In this document: one piece after another, positions 63,390 to 64,000 of the stretch
How the letters are laid out: each line of letters opens with the position of its first letter
Numbering within the stretch: position 1 is the first letter of the stretch
Assembly: GCA_963737905.1 (NCBI GenBank)
Contig: CAVTUQ010000027.1
Span: 32,001-96,000 of the forward strand
Source of the DNA: an uncultured delta proteobacterium
GTDB taxonomy: Bacteria > Desulfobacterota > Binatia > UBA9968
DNA: 64,000 bases
Direction: 5' to 3'
The notes under the pieces: model-generated
Seen by the model: only the letters and a program-made list of their open reading frames with translations
Database searches by the model: none
Told to the model about the DNA's origin: nothing
Program-made: the position numbers and the translations under genes

Positions 63390-64000
63390 ATGCGAAGACC
63401 AGCTCCCATCGGGGTATTGATTTCCGGCAGCGGCACCAATCTTCAATCCATCATCGATGCCATCGAGGCGAAAGAGCTGGACGCGAAAATCCAGGTCGTG
63501 CTCAGCAACCGCGCCGATGCCTACGGTCTCGTGCGAGCCAAAAAACACGGGATTCCAATCGAGGTTCTGGATCACAAGAGGTTTCCTAGCCGAGAGGCTT
63601 TTGATCAGGCGGTGGTCGATATTTTGCGGGACCACGAAGTGGAACTGGTTGTGCTTGCTGGTTTTATGCGGCTCCTGTCCCCCGTATTCGTGGGCGCTTA
63701 TTCCAACCGCATCATGAACATTCACCCGGCAGTGCTTCCCGCGTTTCCCGGACTTCATGCGCAGAAAAAAGCCGTGGAGCACGGCGTGCGATTTTCCGGC
63801 TGTACGGTTCACTTTGTCAACGAAGAGTGCGATGAGGGTCCCATCATCATTCAAGCCGTGGTACCGGTGTTTGCGGAGGATACGGAGGAGTCCCTTGCCT
63901 CTCGCATCCTGGAGCAAGAACATCGTATCTATCCCCGCGCGATCCAACTTTACAGTGAGGGCCGATTACGCATCGAAGGGCGAAAGGTCTTTGTCGAAGG
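63390..64000 (+). CDS. purN: Phosphoribosylglycinamide formyltransferase (runs off the window)
   Basis: Manual translation GVLISGSGTNLQS, LAGFMR, NIHPAVLPAFPG, GCTVHFV. Confidence 0.95.
   Translation, partial: MRRPAPIGVLISGSGTNLQSIIDAIEAKELDAKIQVVLSNRADAYGLVRAKKHGIPIEVLDHKRFPSREAFDQAVVDILRDHEVELVVLAGFMRLLSPVFVGAYSNRIMNIHPAVLPAFPGLHAQKKAVEHGVRFSGCTVHFVNEECDEGPIIIQAVVPVFAEDTEESLASRILEQEHRIYPRAIQLYSEGRLRIEGRKVFVE

Overview
Bacterial chromosomal window, moderately GC-rich. The gene content (many orphan solute-binding proteins, amidohydrolase, VOC and LVIVD proteins, intergenic short-repeat hairpins) resembles Candidatus Binatia/deltaproteobacterial MAGs, but this taxonomy is inference only. The first ~43 kb is mostly accessory catabolic and transport genes with sthA, sixA and gltA embedded. 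The last ~21 kb is housekeeping: rplU-rpmA-obgE-proB-proA-nadD-rsfS-gpmI-comF, a SahR-like regulator with metH, an ABC transporter and purM-purN. The main hidden signal is at 11633-14118, a tightly spaced macrodomain-grdC-grdA unit. grdA is a selenoprotein gene (13663-14118) with an in-frame UGA at 13786 in the TECFV-U-TAAGAM motif and a SECIS-like hairpin directly after it; the ORF track truncates it. grdB, grdE, grdD and trx genes are absent from the window. Other notable items: a putative toxin-antitoxin pair whose first gene has TGA at a position where Trp is expected; a ligB-GDT1-ligA operon with a non-canonical LigB active site; a diverged att-like duplicate of the acetate-CoA ligase 3' end enclosing gene debris; a pseudo-HAD; a signal-less SBP-fold protein; and many inverted 7-9-mer repeat arrays. 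Several single-base frameshifts, including one in purM, suggest long-read consensus errors rather than true pseudogenes. No rRNA, tRNA, CRISPR array or transposase was seen. All family calls are by-eye motif recognition; no database search was run.
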